This document shows positions 22,797 to 37,197 of a stretch of 64,000 nucleotides of DNA, piece after piece; positions within the stretch are counted from its first letter, which is position 1, and the number at the start of each line of letters is the position of its first letter. The DNA comes from Mytilus edulis (taxonomy: Eukaryota): contig NC_092346.1 in the NCBI RefSeq assembly GCF_963676685.1, forward strand, positions 6,572,001 to 6,636,000, written 5' to 3'. A model generated the notes under the pieces. It had not been told where the DNA came from, made no database searches, and saw only the letters and a list, made by a program, of their open reading frames with translations. Made by a program: the position numbers and the translations under genes.

Positions 22797-25290
22797 TCAC
22801 ATTTTTTTCTGACTTGAATGTTGATTAATAATATTAACTATATCTTTGTAACCTTTTCTAGTAGCAAAAGTTAAAGCTGATTGACCCTCAGAGTCACATC
22901 TATTATAGTTTATCCCTCTTTCTAGCAACAACTTTACTATGTCTTCATGTCCGAGCTCACAAGCCTTCATTAAAAGAGACGCACCCTCATCATCAAATAA
23001 ATTCTGGTCTCCACCTCTATCTAATAATATTGATACTACTTCTGCATGACCATTATCACATGCCTGCAATATATGTGATTGGCTTATCCTCTCACATTTA
23101 TTATAATCTGTGCCTCTGTCTAACAACAACTTTACTATTTCTATATGTCCCTGTTCACAAGCTATCATTAACGGCGACTCATGCCAATCATCACATTTAT
23201 TATAGTCTGCTCCTCTGTCTAATAGCAACGTTACTATTTCTGAATAATCATTTTCACAAGCCACCATTAAAGGTGATTTACCGCCCCTGTCACATTCATT
23301 ACAGTCTGCTCCCTTGTCTAACAATATCTTTACTATGTCTGAATGATCATTTCCACATGCCTTCATTATAGGTGACTCAGCCCACATGTTACATCCATCA
23401 CAGTCTGATCCTCTGTCTAACAACATCATAACTATTTCTGTCTGACCATGTTCACATGCCTTAAGTAAGAGAGACTCACCATCATCGTCCCATATATTAT
23501 GGTCAGCTCCTCTGTCCAATAACATCATAACTATTTCTGTATGGCCTTGCTCATAGGCGATCATTATCGGAGATTGACCCAACCTGTCACATTTGTCATA
23601 GTCGGCTCCTTTGTCTAACAACATTTTGGCTACTTCTATTTCACCACGTTCACAAGCTTTCACTAAAGTTGGCTCTTCCGAACTGTTACATTTATTATAG
23701 TCTGCTCCTCTATCAACCAACATCTTCACTATTTCGGTATGACCATGTTCAAACGCTTTCCTTATAGGTGACTTATTAATATCATCGCATTTATTAAAGT
23801 CTGCTCCTCTGTCCAACAACATTTTTACTATTTCTGTGTGACCATATTCACAAGCCTTCATTAAAGGTGACTCGCCGTCATTATCACACTTAGTATAGTC
23901 TGCTCTTTTGTTCAACATTATCTTTACAATTTCTGTATGACCATTTTTGCAAGCTGTCATTACGGGTGACTCGCCATATAAACTGCATCGTTGACTGTCT
24001 GCTCCACTGTCTAACAACATCATTACTATTTTTGTATGCCCATTTTTACAAGCTTTCATTGCAAGTGACTGACCATAATCATCATATTTATTGTAGTCTG
24101 CTCCTCCTTTTAACAACATTTTTGCGATTTGCGTATGACCATATTCACACGCCACCATCAAAGGCGACTGTCCCCATATATCACATTCGTTACAGTCAGC
24201 TCTTTTGTCTACCAATTTCTTTACTATTTCTGTATGACCAAGTACACAGGCCTTCATTAATAGTGACTGGGCCAAGTTATCACATCTAATAAAGTCTGCT
24301 CCTCTATCCAACAGTAACTTTATTATTTCTGTATGACCATGCTCACAAGCCTTCATAACAGGTGACTTCCCATCATTATCACGCACATTACAGTCTGCTC
24401 CTGTGTCTAATAACATCCGTACAATTTTTGTATAACCACGCTCACAAGCCTTCATTACAGGTGACTCATTTTCACCATATGTATTATAGTCTACTCCCCT
24501 GTTTAACAATATCTGTACTATTTCAGCATGATTATGTTCACAAGCTTTCAATAAAGGTGAATGACTATAATCATCTGTTTTATTACCGTCTGCTCCTCTT
24601 TCTAACAAGATCTTTACTATTTCTGTATGACCGTGTTCACATGCTTTCATTAAAGGTGACTGGCTATCATAATCGCATATATTAAAGTTTGCTCCTCTTT
24701 CTAACAAGATCTTTACTATTTCTGTATGACTGTGTTCACAGGCTTTCATTTAAGGTGACTGGTTATCATAACTGCATCTATTAAAGTCTGCTCCTCTTTC
24801 TAACAAGATCTTTACTATTTCTGTATGACCGTGTTCACATGCTTTCATTAAAGGTGACTGGCTGTCATAATCGCATATATTAAAGTCTGCTCCTCTTTCT
24901 AACAAGATCTTTACTATTTCTGTATAACTGTGTTCACAGGCTTTCGTTAAAGGTGACTGGTTATCATAACTGCATCTATTAAAGTCTGCTCCTCTTTCTA
25001 TCAAGATCTTTACTATTTCTGTATGACCATGTTCACAAGCCTTCATTACGGGTGACGCACTTTCATCATCACATCTATTAAAGTCTGCTCCTCTTTCAAA
25101 CAAGATCTTGACTATTTCTGTATGCCCGTGTTCACAGGCTTTCATTAAAGGGGACTCATCAAAATAAATATAGTTGTTAACATCCACACCCAAATCACAA
25201 CACCATAAAACCAAAGAAATGTCACCCATAATGCAGCATTTTAAAAGAACATCATAACCGTCATCATGAAGAATATTTGTTTTAAGTTTA
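22797..25290 (-). repeat. Ankyrin-repeat coding array (99-bp units, ~25 repeats)
   Basis: Repeated SP(L/V)MKACEHGHTEIVK(I/M)LL(E/D)RGAD motif in ORFs 22797..24749 and 24750..26048. Confidence 0.95.
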
Positions 25291-28200
25291 GGCTGATCAC
25301 AAATATGTGCTAGCTGTCTCTGGTGAGTTATATCTAATGTATCTAAATGAAGCATAAAGTGTCGTCTGAATTGTTGCATCTTCATATTGATGTTACTAAA
25401 TACATCTTGAACTTTCCCTTTTGACCAGTCATCAATCATTCTCTGTATGTACATTTGGTGATATGTTGGTGGTATAATAGTTAAAAACTGATCCATCTCA
25501 TCGGTGCATGCTAATAAAAACCTCTCCTGGATCAGACTACTATCTGCATTCTTTATCAAACATTGTATTATTTTCTGTCCAAAGAAGTAAGCAAGAAAGT
25601 CAAATATTTTATCATGTATTATCTTGTACATGTTTCCGACTTTCCTGATGAATGTATCTTTAAGCGAGTTCAGTTCATGCCGTAATAAAAGCCTTGGTGT
25701 TGTCCTATCCAGTCTACATGCTTCACATGTGTCTTCAATAATAATCCTAGTTTCTACATTTACCTCATCTACCAATATTTCATCGTTCAATTTGTTGTTA
25801 AATATGACACATAAAGCCAGAGCACAATATTTAGTGTAATGCCCTTTCTTGAGTAGCTGGTCAATTTCTGCTTCATAAACTGTAAATGGATTCTGGAAGA
25901 AATCTTTAACGTTAGGTCTAGGACTATCATGGTATAATTTACATAAAAGAGGAAAACAATCATATAAATCACTATATCCAGTAATCTCAGGAACTTTCGT
26001 GTTTAGATATAAATCTGCTATTGATTGTTTTTCAGTTTTAACAAACATATATTTTCTGACAAGAGGTTACATTCACATGACTTGAAAACTGACAAAGATT
26101 CAAATTGTTTATCCTTATATACGTGTAAGTGACAAGCAGCAATAATTCTTGTTCGTTTATTTCCAAGAAGCTTTTTGATATCCTCCATGACAGGTTCCCA
26201 ACGTTTAATGTCACGCTGTTTAACAGAAAAGTTTCCGCAGAAATCATCAATAACAAACAATATTTTTTCTCTAGGATTGTAAAACCTCACAATGTCACAT
26301 GGCTCTGTAACCAGAAGAACATTAAACTCTTCCTCGGCCATTTGTAAAGCTACATGTCGGAGAATGGCTGTTTTTCCTACACCAGAGCTAGCAGTAATCG
26401 TGACACAGTTGTGTTCCTTTATACATTTGAATACAAGCTTGGCAGCTCTTGTTTTTATAAACATCTTATCATCATTTTCCTTCCAGGCTTTAAGCGTTTC
26501 TTTAAATCTTGCTAAAATATGAACAAGGAACATTTCCTTATAATTTTCATTTATACAAGTAATAGCCCGAGATTAAAATATTTGTATTGACATATTCATG
26601 TGCCAAAAAAAACCCTTAAATAATCAATGTCGTTCAAAAAATAATCTTCTAACAATTTCAAAACATTAGCACATTAAGTTAAAACATCTAACATTCAAAA
26701 TATTAACCTGTTTGACTGTTTACGTTTAACAGTTTATTCTCTTAGCGTTAACCTTCGACATTCAAAAAGATAATATGTTCTCACAAAGTCTACCTTTATA
26801 GCTCCTTCATTATTACCCGACTTGAATTTAAAAGAAGTAAATCACCTAAAACTATACTATTTTATTTCTTGTAAGACTTCATAGAACCTGCAAATTCAAC
26901 CTTCATTTTTTTATATATATAAAACACATGTCATAAAAATAATCTCAAACTTACCTCTTATATTACAAGGAACTGTATCATCGTAGGACGTTTTCAACCT
27001 TTTAATTTCATCTGTCATTTCAGTATGATCCTCTTGGAGTTCTTCATAAGATCTTTTCAGTTCTCTATGGTCTCCTTCGAGTAGAAGTTCATGATATATT
27101 TTCAAACTGTTTAGTGACTCTTTTAGATTCTTAATTTCATCGTTAGAGCATTTAATATCCTCTATTATTTCTTTGTTTGTTTGATCCAGTGTTCTGATTC
27201 TTAGATGATCACAGTCCTGTTTTATTTTCTGTCCACCTAATCTCCCAATGGCCTATAAAAATAGAATCCAAAAAAATACTGAACTCCGACGAAAATTGAA
27301 AAAGGAAGTCACTTATCAAATGGCAAAATCAAAAGCTCAAACACATCAAACGGATTGATAACAACTGTCATATTCCTGACTTCGTACAGGCATTTTCTTA
27401 TGAAGAAAATGTGGGATTCTTCCTGGTTTTATAGCTAGCTAAACATCCCACTTGTATGACAGTCGCATCGAATTCCATTATATCGATAACAATGTGTAAA
27501 CAAAACAAGCAGACATAAATAAATGGGTAACAATGTAAAATAATAGGCATATAGCAGTCAACATTGTGTTATAAACTTAATCACTGTGAAAACAAACAAA
27601 TATGTAACAAAAGAGCACATAAAGGCATATAGACAAAGCACATAAGCAAACATTAAAGATTAGAATACAAAAATAAATCTAAAGTACAATAACACAATGA
27701 CGGGATGTATGAGTAGTTTGTGGGGTTCGTATTGCTTATTCTTTAGTTTTCTATGTTGTGTCATGTGTTCTATTGTTTATCTGTTTGTCTTCTTTCATTT
27801 TTAGCCAGGCGTGATCAGTTTATTTTCGATTTATGAGTTTGACTGTCCTTCTGGTATCTTTCGTCTCTCTTTTATTAATCTATAATTTTCACAAAAAATA
27901 AAAACTGTCTTTGCATGTCCTATTACTAATAATAAATTTCATGTCAATTTATAGACAATTTAAATGCATGATACAACTCCGTATATGTCTTTTTTTGTAC
28001 ATCTGTAAATAAAAAGTTCATTGCATTGTTTTGTATACAAGAGTATATATAAACAAAAAAACGATTTAGTATATCTTTCCTTTATGAATAAAAGTATAAC
28101 AAAAGTTTATGAGAAACTGGTGTTAATGCTGGTATCACATAAAGTAAAACTTCACATTATTAATAATCTATAAAAACGAGGCCAGGGTCAAAAACGCATT

Positions 28201-30184
28201 TTAGCGACAGTAAGTGCATACGTCTATTTACTGTGGGTTCATTTCTTTTGGTGGATAGAGGAAAAACTTGCATGTTCGTGGATATTTGATTACGTGGTTT
28301 TGGCGAAATCTGCATTCACACCGTCAGCAAATTTGTAATTCGTTGAACTTTTAAATTCGTAGTTTCCCTATATACACGAAATCCACGAAAACTGGTATCC
28401 AACGAATACTTCTAGTACAATTAATCCACAGTAGATCCCAGCAGTTGGCATCATAATTGTTATCCAGTTGAAAAAAATAATTCTGAAAACCTGTATTTGC
28501 AATCAAGAAAAACAAATGTTTAATCATGAACAAACTGGAAACTTGTCTATAACAGAGCAGATCTGATAGCTTTAATAGCACTTAATGGAAACAGGTTTCA
28601 CTAATATATCTTACTCCAGTTATAATGTCCCACGCAGCGTTGAAGTCTATGCTTCTTACTTTCCCACCATCCAGTTGAGCCAGGTAGTTCCGATAGTATT
28701 CGATTCTAGCTAAATCTGTACCTGGTGTGGTTTCCATGGCAGTGGGTAAACAGCCAAATCCACCCTGATGATTGGTTATGTTCTTCATGTGTCATAGAAG
28801 TGTAATCATTAATGTAATGTCAAATGTCTTGGATTTCGGATCATCTGAAAAAAATCAATAATTACATCATTCATAAGTGTTTGTTCTTTGTATTGATGAA
28901 TTAAGTATTTACCAACTGATTTTTTTTTTGGTTTGTTGTTATGTTGTGCTGTTACACTACTGTCCGGGGGTTGATTGCTCCACACATGTTTAACCCCACT
29001 ACGTTCTATATGTGTCTGTCCCAAGTCTGTAGTTTGGTCGTTGTCATAGGTTCATGTTTGTCATATTCGCTTTTCGTTAATTGTTTTATTGTTCAATTAT
29101 GCCGTTATATAAAACATGATTTTAGCATGATTAAATAATTTCTCTTTCGATCATACTACTGACTCAGTGGTAATTGTAATTGTATGAGCTCTTATCTAGT
29201 TTATTTGTTCATGCTAATACAATAGAGCATTATTCATTTGTTGAGCTAAGTAAATCTCTTACTTGAAATTCAAAATAATGAAAACAGGAAGTAGGCGTCT
29301 AAAAGGCTTTTTTTTTATAGCTGACTCTGCGGTATGGGCTTTGCTCATTTTTAAAGGCTGTACGGTGACCTATATTTGTTAATTTCTGTGTCATTTTGGT
29401 CTCTTCTGGAGGGTTGTATCATTGGCAATCATACCACATCTTCTTTTTTTTATATCTCCATCAAAGTCACAATGTATCAAAGGTTGACAATTACAGGATA
29501 AAGTGCGGTCGTCAACTCAAGCCTTAACTCACACCGAACAGCAACGTTTAAAGGGTCCCAAAATTGAGATTCTTACACAAGATCTTATAAAAAAGTAAAA
29601 TCACAAAAATAACTTCCAGGAAAATTCAACAGGAAAGTCTCTAATCAAATGGTAAAATCAAAAGCTCAAACACATCAAACGAATGGACAACAACTGTCAT
29701 ATTCCTGACTTGGTACCGGTATTTTCTTGCATAGAAAATGATGGATTAAACCTGATTTTATAGCTAGTTAAACTTCTCACTTGTATTACAGTCAAATTAA
29801 ATCCCATTATATAGATAACAATGTGTGAACATACAGACACAATAGGTTAAAATGTCAATACTAGGGACCCGAACAGCAGTCAACATTGTGTTATTGTCTT
29901 ATTCACTTTTAAAACAAAAAAAAGATATTAACAAACATTAAAAAGGTGATTAATCTTGCTTTGTGAACTTACGAGGATATCTTGGAAACAGGAGGTTCCA
30001 CTGTGATCGGTTAATAAGGTGTTTCGTTTTTAAGAAAAGCAATTTGTTGTACTCTCAATGAAGCAGATAAATATCTTGGAGAAAATTCACTATCAAATAA
30101 TTTTCTAGCTGCTCGTTTAGAAATTCCTGTTAGTAATAAACTCATTCGAATATAGTTTTCTTCCTCTACAGAAAGGGAGGCCAT
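22797..30184 (-). pseudogene. HEPN(DZIP3-like) - coiled coil - nSTAND3-like NTPase - ankyrin repeat NLR-like gene, copy B; exons 30184-29973, 28844-28615, 27252-26955, 26511-22797
   Basis: Canonical GT/AG sites with consistent phases. Walker A ASSGVGKT, Walker B ILFVIDD, ~25 ankyrin repeats. Lesions: 5-nt deletion frameshift near 30056 (relative to copy A), in-frame TGA 28794-28792, HEPN His>Gln (RNYLAQ), frameshift near 26040, TAA 24752-24750. Confidence 0.85.
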
Positions 30185-33100
30185 CCTGTTTGAGAAATGA
30201 GTTAGATCAAGAGATGGTATATTTAACTATGGTAGGTACTCGGTTAACAGTTTTGGATTTATATTTGACTTTCATGCCAAAAAACAATTAAATTACTGTC
30301 CATTTCATGATGACATCTGATCAAATCTGGAATATTTCCTGAAAAAGATTGAAAAAATCTAAGTAATTAAGGTTAATGTGAACACACCTTCTTTATTTAC
30401 TTCATATGGAAATGGTTGTAGAGCCTAAAGTATATCAAAAGTTTCCTCTAAACTAGCTGATTTAAAAATAAAATAATGGAGTGCCTTCGTACAAAATTTT
30501 AATCAAGCTAAATACTGTTTTAAATGTTAATTTGAGCTTAGTATGGTTGATTCTAACGAGTTTTATGTAATACAAAAACCTCTTATTCTCAGAATATCGT
30601 CTATGAAAAGTTAAAGATGACTGAATAAATTATATGCAGAAAATATGTGATAAAAACTACACGTACCAAACTAACAGAGGGAGTTAGCTATGGCATATAC
30701 CAAACAATACTATTTTTTCTGAATATTTCACAGCTTCACAGCAATCTCCTCCCTCCCCCCTCCCAAAAAAATCACATTATCAAACAAACAAGGGTCTAAA
30801 AGTTTTTACCAAACAATTGATATAAAAACTTAGGAAAAACAATAAAATAGAACTCTGAGATCTTTGATTCTACAAATTAAGATTGTGTTTTAATCTACTC
30901 CTCTTCAACTATAACTTATTAGACAAAATTGATATTTAAGAGACAATTGAAAAACCAAAAACCTTTGAAGCAATTTGTGAGAAGTTATCTTTGATTTAGT
31001 TATACAGGGACAAAAATACATTTGGTTTAAATCACCTTAAATTCCTGTTTTCTATTCTTTAGAAAAAAGAGGACTCTATAGATTCTTTATACCTACAAAA
31101 TATAATTAGAATTGCATAATTATTCTCTAAGAAGATTTTTTAATAAAAATGACGATTTTCTCAAGGAGCTGTATATGGTTAGTCTTTTTTGTATTTATTC
31201 TATTTCTAAGATATCTTATAAACTAATAGTATGCTTTATACTGGAAGATGAACAGTACTCAGAAGTTGACATTTTTGCAATTAATCTGATTTCGTCAATA
31301 AACAATGCTGCTTAGGGAACATGCATAAACATGACACCAACACTTTATGACATATGTATCTATATATTTAGCGATCAAACATTAAACTTCAATGGGAAAA
31401 GAGGGGGGTATGTTTTTTTTTCTCTCGCCAAAAGCGGGAACGTATTTTTTTAAAATTTTCAATGCTATCCATCAAATTACAAAAATATAATACTTTAATG
31501 TATGATGAAAATCTGGATTCAGAATATTTTTTATGGCTTGAACAGAATATTTTTTTTTCAATTTGGAATCAAAATATTTTTTTAGAAAACACAATACCCC
31601 CACTACTTTTAAAGTTAAATGGTTGTTGCCTTACTATTTACAGACAAAGTTATCATAATATAACCATTAAAGGTATTTACACCAATTGTATCATACATCA
31701 AGATAAAAACGAAAAATGTTAAGATAGGTAAAAGTCTTCATTTGTTGGCAAATAAAATTCCAAACAGAAATCAGTCTTGGAGAGATCTTGTATTGCTACT
31801 GAATAATTGGAGTATAGCCTATTTACTTTTTCTGTTCCCCTTTTATACTTTCCATGATAAACCCAAAAGCATTTAAATTTTTTGTTTACTCTGCTTATTA
31901 TCCCCCCTTTTTACCCACTTGCAACCAAGGATTTCCACTGTATAATGGCTTATCCAGTGAGATGGTTCTTGTTTTAATCCCCCGTTTTTACGATCATTGC
32001 TTTGGCATGGGTACATTTGGTTGAAGCCCCCATTTTTTATCTTTAGTTTGAACACCCATGCAGCTCCCTTCTTTTTTTTTAAAGTATAAATCCTTGTTGC
32101 AACCCAACCAAACAACAAAAGGCCACTTGTGTTTTGAGAGATTGTTAAAATTTATCAATAAAGCTAAACACATACAGATAACAGTAAACTTAGTCTTCAA
32201 TCAATTCGATCGACTGACCATACATACATATTAAATAAACTGCATTCCTAGTGCATTCCTATACCGTACACTGCACTTCAGTCAAAGAATAAAATCCCCC
32301 AAGAATGTTTCCATTTGAAGCTTATTTCTATTCTAATCATTCCTAGAAAATAAGTGTTTTATTAACATAAAAACTGGAAATATAGTAAGCACAGTGGATT
32401 GCGAAATCCTTTGTTTATCTTAGTTACATTTCCTACTTTCGTTTCTGATGGTCCGTTCGCCCTAATTACACGTTCGCCCTAGATCTGTTCGTCCATAGAA
32501 TCCGTTCGCCCCATGAAATAAAATATGTATATTAAGAAATACCTAAGTATCATATGCAAATTTATTTTGTAAATATCAAAGAAAATACCAATAGTTTTAA
32601 GCATAGTGTTTGTTAGCGGACAATGCACGACTATGCAATTGTTACATTTTTTTTTAAATTTAAAATTAATTTTGAATAATGTTGATCTTTAACGCTGATT
32701 TATAGCCAGAGACATGTATTTATATGTCTCTGTTTATAGCTAAACATTTTTTTTTTTAAATTATTTTGACATCGATAGTAGGTGTGATTATGTCTGTAAA
32801 TGTGTGGGGTGACACGCTTTTAGTTTTGGGGATGTGGTCTATGTGTTTTCTGAGCACTGTTTTAAACTTAGTATGGTTTCGAGACGTTTCGCTCTGGCAT
32901 TTCAATTATATTTATGTAACTTTATTGTTTTGCGAGAACTAGTAATGCATTCAATAAATAGGGCTCCTTGGCTCCTTCACAAATTAAGTTTCAATTGTAA
33001 AGTAGCATTTCGTTTCAAAGTCATTTCGTTTACTTTAAAACTTTATTTAAATCAAACTTAATAAGCATGTGACAACAGTAGTTTGATATTTCCGTAAACT

Positions 33101-36100
33101 AAAAGATATTGGCTTTCAGTTTATTAAACAATATAATAAAAAAAGCTCTTTGTACCGCATGATCTTAATAAATTGTGGCAGAGATATTTCATGCGAATTA
33201 TCTATATAATGCCTCTCCCTTTTCTATTTCAAAGTTGTGTTCACTGAATAATTCTCGTTTTAAGTGATTGTTTTCCCTACATTTAAAAGTGAGTGGGTCT
33301 TCCGCATCTTTCAAATTAGAGTTGTCTCTCTTTACACATTTTACCAACCTTGACGAGACAACCCCCCCCCCCTTTTTCCATCTTTCCATTACAACCCGTT
33401 TATATATAATATAGATAATATGTATAAGATTAGATTTCAGATGTGTGCAAATTAGTGTGAATCAGTGATATTTCAGTTCCATGACATGATGAAAAAAGAC
33501 GACGACATCACAAACACTACATCTTTTTATTCATTAGACCAAAGATCCTTTGATGAAGAACTCACTCATTTAGGACCTGCCTGGGTCGCAAGAGATAGCT
33601 TACATCTATTGACAGCAATATGCTTAGCCTACTGGTATGTTAGAAATCGTGGATTCTTGCATCGTTATTTTGACGGCTATGTCATGTGCTCTTTGTTGTT
33701 GTTTGGGGTTAGTGTGGTCAATTCACGATGTTGTCAATCCCCCCGACTAAAATTGTAATTTTAGTTATGTACAACCAGTGGTCAAAACGTGTTGCACCGT
33801 TCGCAAATTCTAATATATTTTTGATATAAAATACATGCATTTTTAAATAAGATTGCAATGAACTTTTAAAAGTGTCTTAAGATGTTTATAGTCATATTAT
33901 ATTTAATTAAACTCCGAAAGTATCATTTCAAACAAAAAATGAAATAAAATGTATGCCGTTTTCATATTGACAAGTGTGGACACAAATCAGTGTGTATAGT
34001 ATGGTAAGATGTTTGACAGTGTGTTCTGACTAAAAGAGTTCTCTATTTCCCCCATAGGTTTTTTTTTAAACTGGTTTGCTCAGTGACAGTCAGCCTGTTC
34101 CAAATACTCAATAGCAGTGTGGTGAATATAATATTTAGTTACAATGTTCATTTTTGTAATAGTGGATGATATAACAATTGCATTTGTTACCAAATGATTC
34201 TGATAGATATGTTCGACAACTTTGAATTTGGTTAGCAGCAAAATCTTAAAATAAGGAGAGGAACACATTGGGTACATGATCACACATTTCTGCCTGATGT
34301 GATTTTAATATGAGTGATAGTATCTGCGTGAATGTACTATTTGTATGGCTCTATCTATGTTCCTTCGTGGTGGTCATTTCTAACTTAGTTTGTTCACAAA
34401 AACTGTAAATTAGGTCTCCCCAATTTGATTCCTAGTTACTTGCATTTTTTTATATGTAACGATGCATATTGATTTGTGCAGAAGTTCCCTTAAGATTAAA
34501 TCAAACAAGCAATGACAGAAGGAGAAGATCCAGATACATGCCAACATCATTGACTTCAGATCTGACGTTTATAAAGCATTTTAATCTTGAATCTAAAAGT
34601 ATAAAACATGACCCAATAAAGGAAGTATCAGTGACAAGAATATTTCACCCTTTTGAGTGCATTATGATATGACCTAACATAATAGTCGAAAAGGTTCACT
34701 TCAAGCAAATTTTAATGCAATGTGTATTTTGAACTTTTGTGTAGGAGCTCTACGGATTGACACATGGCGACAATAGAGAGGCGGAGTTTCAGTCTGAAAA
34801 CATGGTAAACATAATAACGCCCTGAAATTATATCAATTCATTGATATGATTTGATCTTGAAAACTTTTAGGATTGTTTTGTAAGAAACGATTTGAATTTT
34901 CGTGATATTAGAAATTACGTGGTTTGTAATGTTAACATGGTATGTGCAGAATAGCAGAAAAAAGGAAAGGAGGAAGATATCAAACGGACACTAATAAGTC
35001 CTAGACAAACTGACGGTGTCATAGAAGAAAATCATGATACCAAAAGACAAACCCATTAACATGAGCAAGTCAAAATATAAATAAAAATCCACAAGTGATA
35101 TTATCATGAAGACAAAATTTTGTCACATCAAATTAGAAATGACGAAGTATTTACTCCTTACGTATGCATTGTTTGCGTTGGAACGTTTGGTCAAATTTTG
35201 TATAACTCTTAACAGTTTTTAGCATAATTTACTTTGGCCGTCACTCATGATCTAGAAAGTTTGGGTTTCTATGGATTCAATATCATCATTGACAACTTTT
35301 GGTTATGAAACATTTTGGATCCTAGGTTGCGACATTTAAGGGTTTTCTCGAGCGTTTAGGTTAGAAAAATGCACAACATTATAGTATTTTGACAAGATCT
35401 AAAACAAATGTGCTGATTTTGAAGACACGAACGTTCTTACGAAGATATTTATTAAACCAAGAAGTAGGGCTCAGTTTGAAATAGGTCCATTTTAGAACCA
35501 AATTCTAGCCACTTTGAAATATTCTGATAAAGTTGAAATTCCAAGCCTTACTAGGCCTAAAGTGAACCTTGTCCTTTAAACCATCGGTCATTTACATTTT
35601 CTAATCTTAAAACCTGACCGATTGTGAAATTTTTAGATACAAGCACATTTAGCATGACAAAGGATACACAAGACTTTTCAGGTTGTAAACAAAACCGACA
35701 TTAAGAAAACTAAAACCAAAACACACACACACACAATTGAAAAACAATACTAAAGCTAAGCCAACACGAACAGCTCTTAAAAAACAGGGGTCGTGTCAGG
35801 CGCTACGGAATGGTGAGCAGAACATGCTCCACATATGTCACCTGTCGTGTTTCTCATGGAAATACACATCCGCGGTGATCGGTCTCGGCAAAATTCGGTT
35901 GTATTTTTTGTCAAGGTAACTGTAGTTGTCGTCTGCAATAGTTAAAGTGATAAAGGACAATTTCCAACAAATCTGAGACTAACTTGACAAATTATTTTCC
36001 ATATAGGATATATGTGGTTTTAATAGGGTATTTATCATTAAAAAGAAAGCAAATTTAATTAATTTGACGTCATCAGATTTCAAATAAAAAAATGCCCCTG

Positions 36101-36401
36101 CTTTAAATTGTTAGTCACATGCACTTGACTCTGAAGGTTGTTTTAATTCCATAGTCACAACTGTATGTTTTTTTTTAAATAATTATTATTACTGCAGGAA
36201 TCTAAATTATATATTTTTCTTTTATTTTTATACATTTTCTTCTCATAATTATCCACTGTCACATCTTCAATGTACATGTATATCTGCATATGTTATTGTA
36301 GTATTTCTGTAATTTGTTGCCATAACCATCTATTCACTCACGTTAATGTGTTAGATATGTCAGATACTGCTAATAGATGGTCATAGATCATATCCTAATA
36401 A

Positions 36402-36828
36402 GAGGGTGGTAAAGGGTTATTTTCGTGCAACGTGATCGTCGTTTTTTATTTCACGTTCAACGTGTTTTCACTTTTTTATTTGACGTTCAACGTGTTCTGC
36501 TTATTTAATTTTACGTGCATCGTGATTTTTAAAGTCTTATTTTGCGTGCTCGGTATTTTTCAAATAAAATTCAAACACTTGGCAGGGATCGTCAAGAAAT
36601 AATTTTTTAAAAGCCGTAAACCAATTATGTCATAAATGTGTATACTAAATCGGGAATATCAAGTAAAACAAAGAGTTAATATATACAAGAAGACAGTGAC
36701 TCAGTCACCAAAGGTTCAAATAAAAGTATTTATTTTTCGTGCAACGTTCATTACAGAAATTATTTCACGTTCAACGTGAAATTATGTTTTATTTCACGTT
36801 TTTTTCGTGCCCCCCCTTTACCACCCTC
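36402..36828. mobile_element. PIF/Harbinger-type MITE upstream of SGPP
   Basis: TAA|GAGGGTGGTAAAGGG...CCCTTTACCACCCTC|TAA; internal repeats cacgttcaacgtg. Confidence 0.8.
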
Positions 36829-37197
36829 TAATAAGTTATCTTAGCTATAAATTTGGAAAATAAAAATATTGTATTGTATTGTATTGTATAAAGCCTTTCA
36901 ACCCTTTAAGTATGTTTTAAAACTAATTAGTTTGTGAAATACATATCTTTTTTATTGTGCACATAAAATCATCGATAAGAGTTTAACACGTTAAAGATCG
37001 TTAAAGATTCATATTAATATTGAACCACTAACTGAGCACAACGCGCTGTAAAATTGAATGCCCCGATTATCAAACAGAGTTATCTCCCATATTTATGAAT
37101 TGTCGCTGTTGCTTGGGTCAAGATTAGTCACATCGGGACCTACACACAGTTTACATTGTACACTCCTGCAAGGGAAGTATATATTTACAAAGTGAAA

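Noticed and set aside
23030-24685. Plus-strand ORFs within the ankyrin array
   Set aside because: Antisense by-products of the repeat periodicity.
31873-32200. Two short minus-strand ORFs, one with a hydrophobic N-terminus (possible secreted peptide)
   Set aside because: Non-ATG starts, no recognisable family or splice support; cannot be supported from sequence alone.
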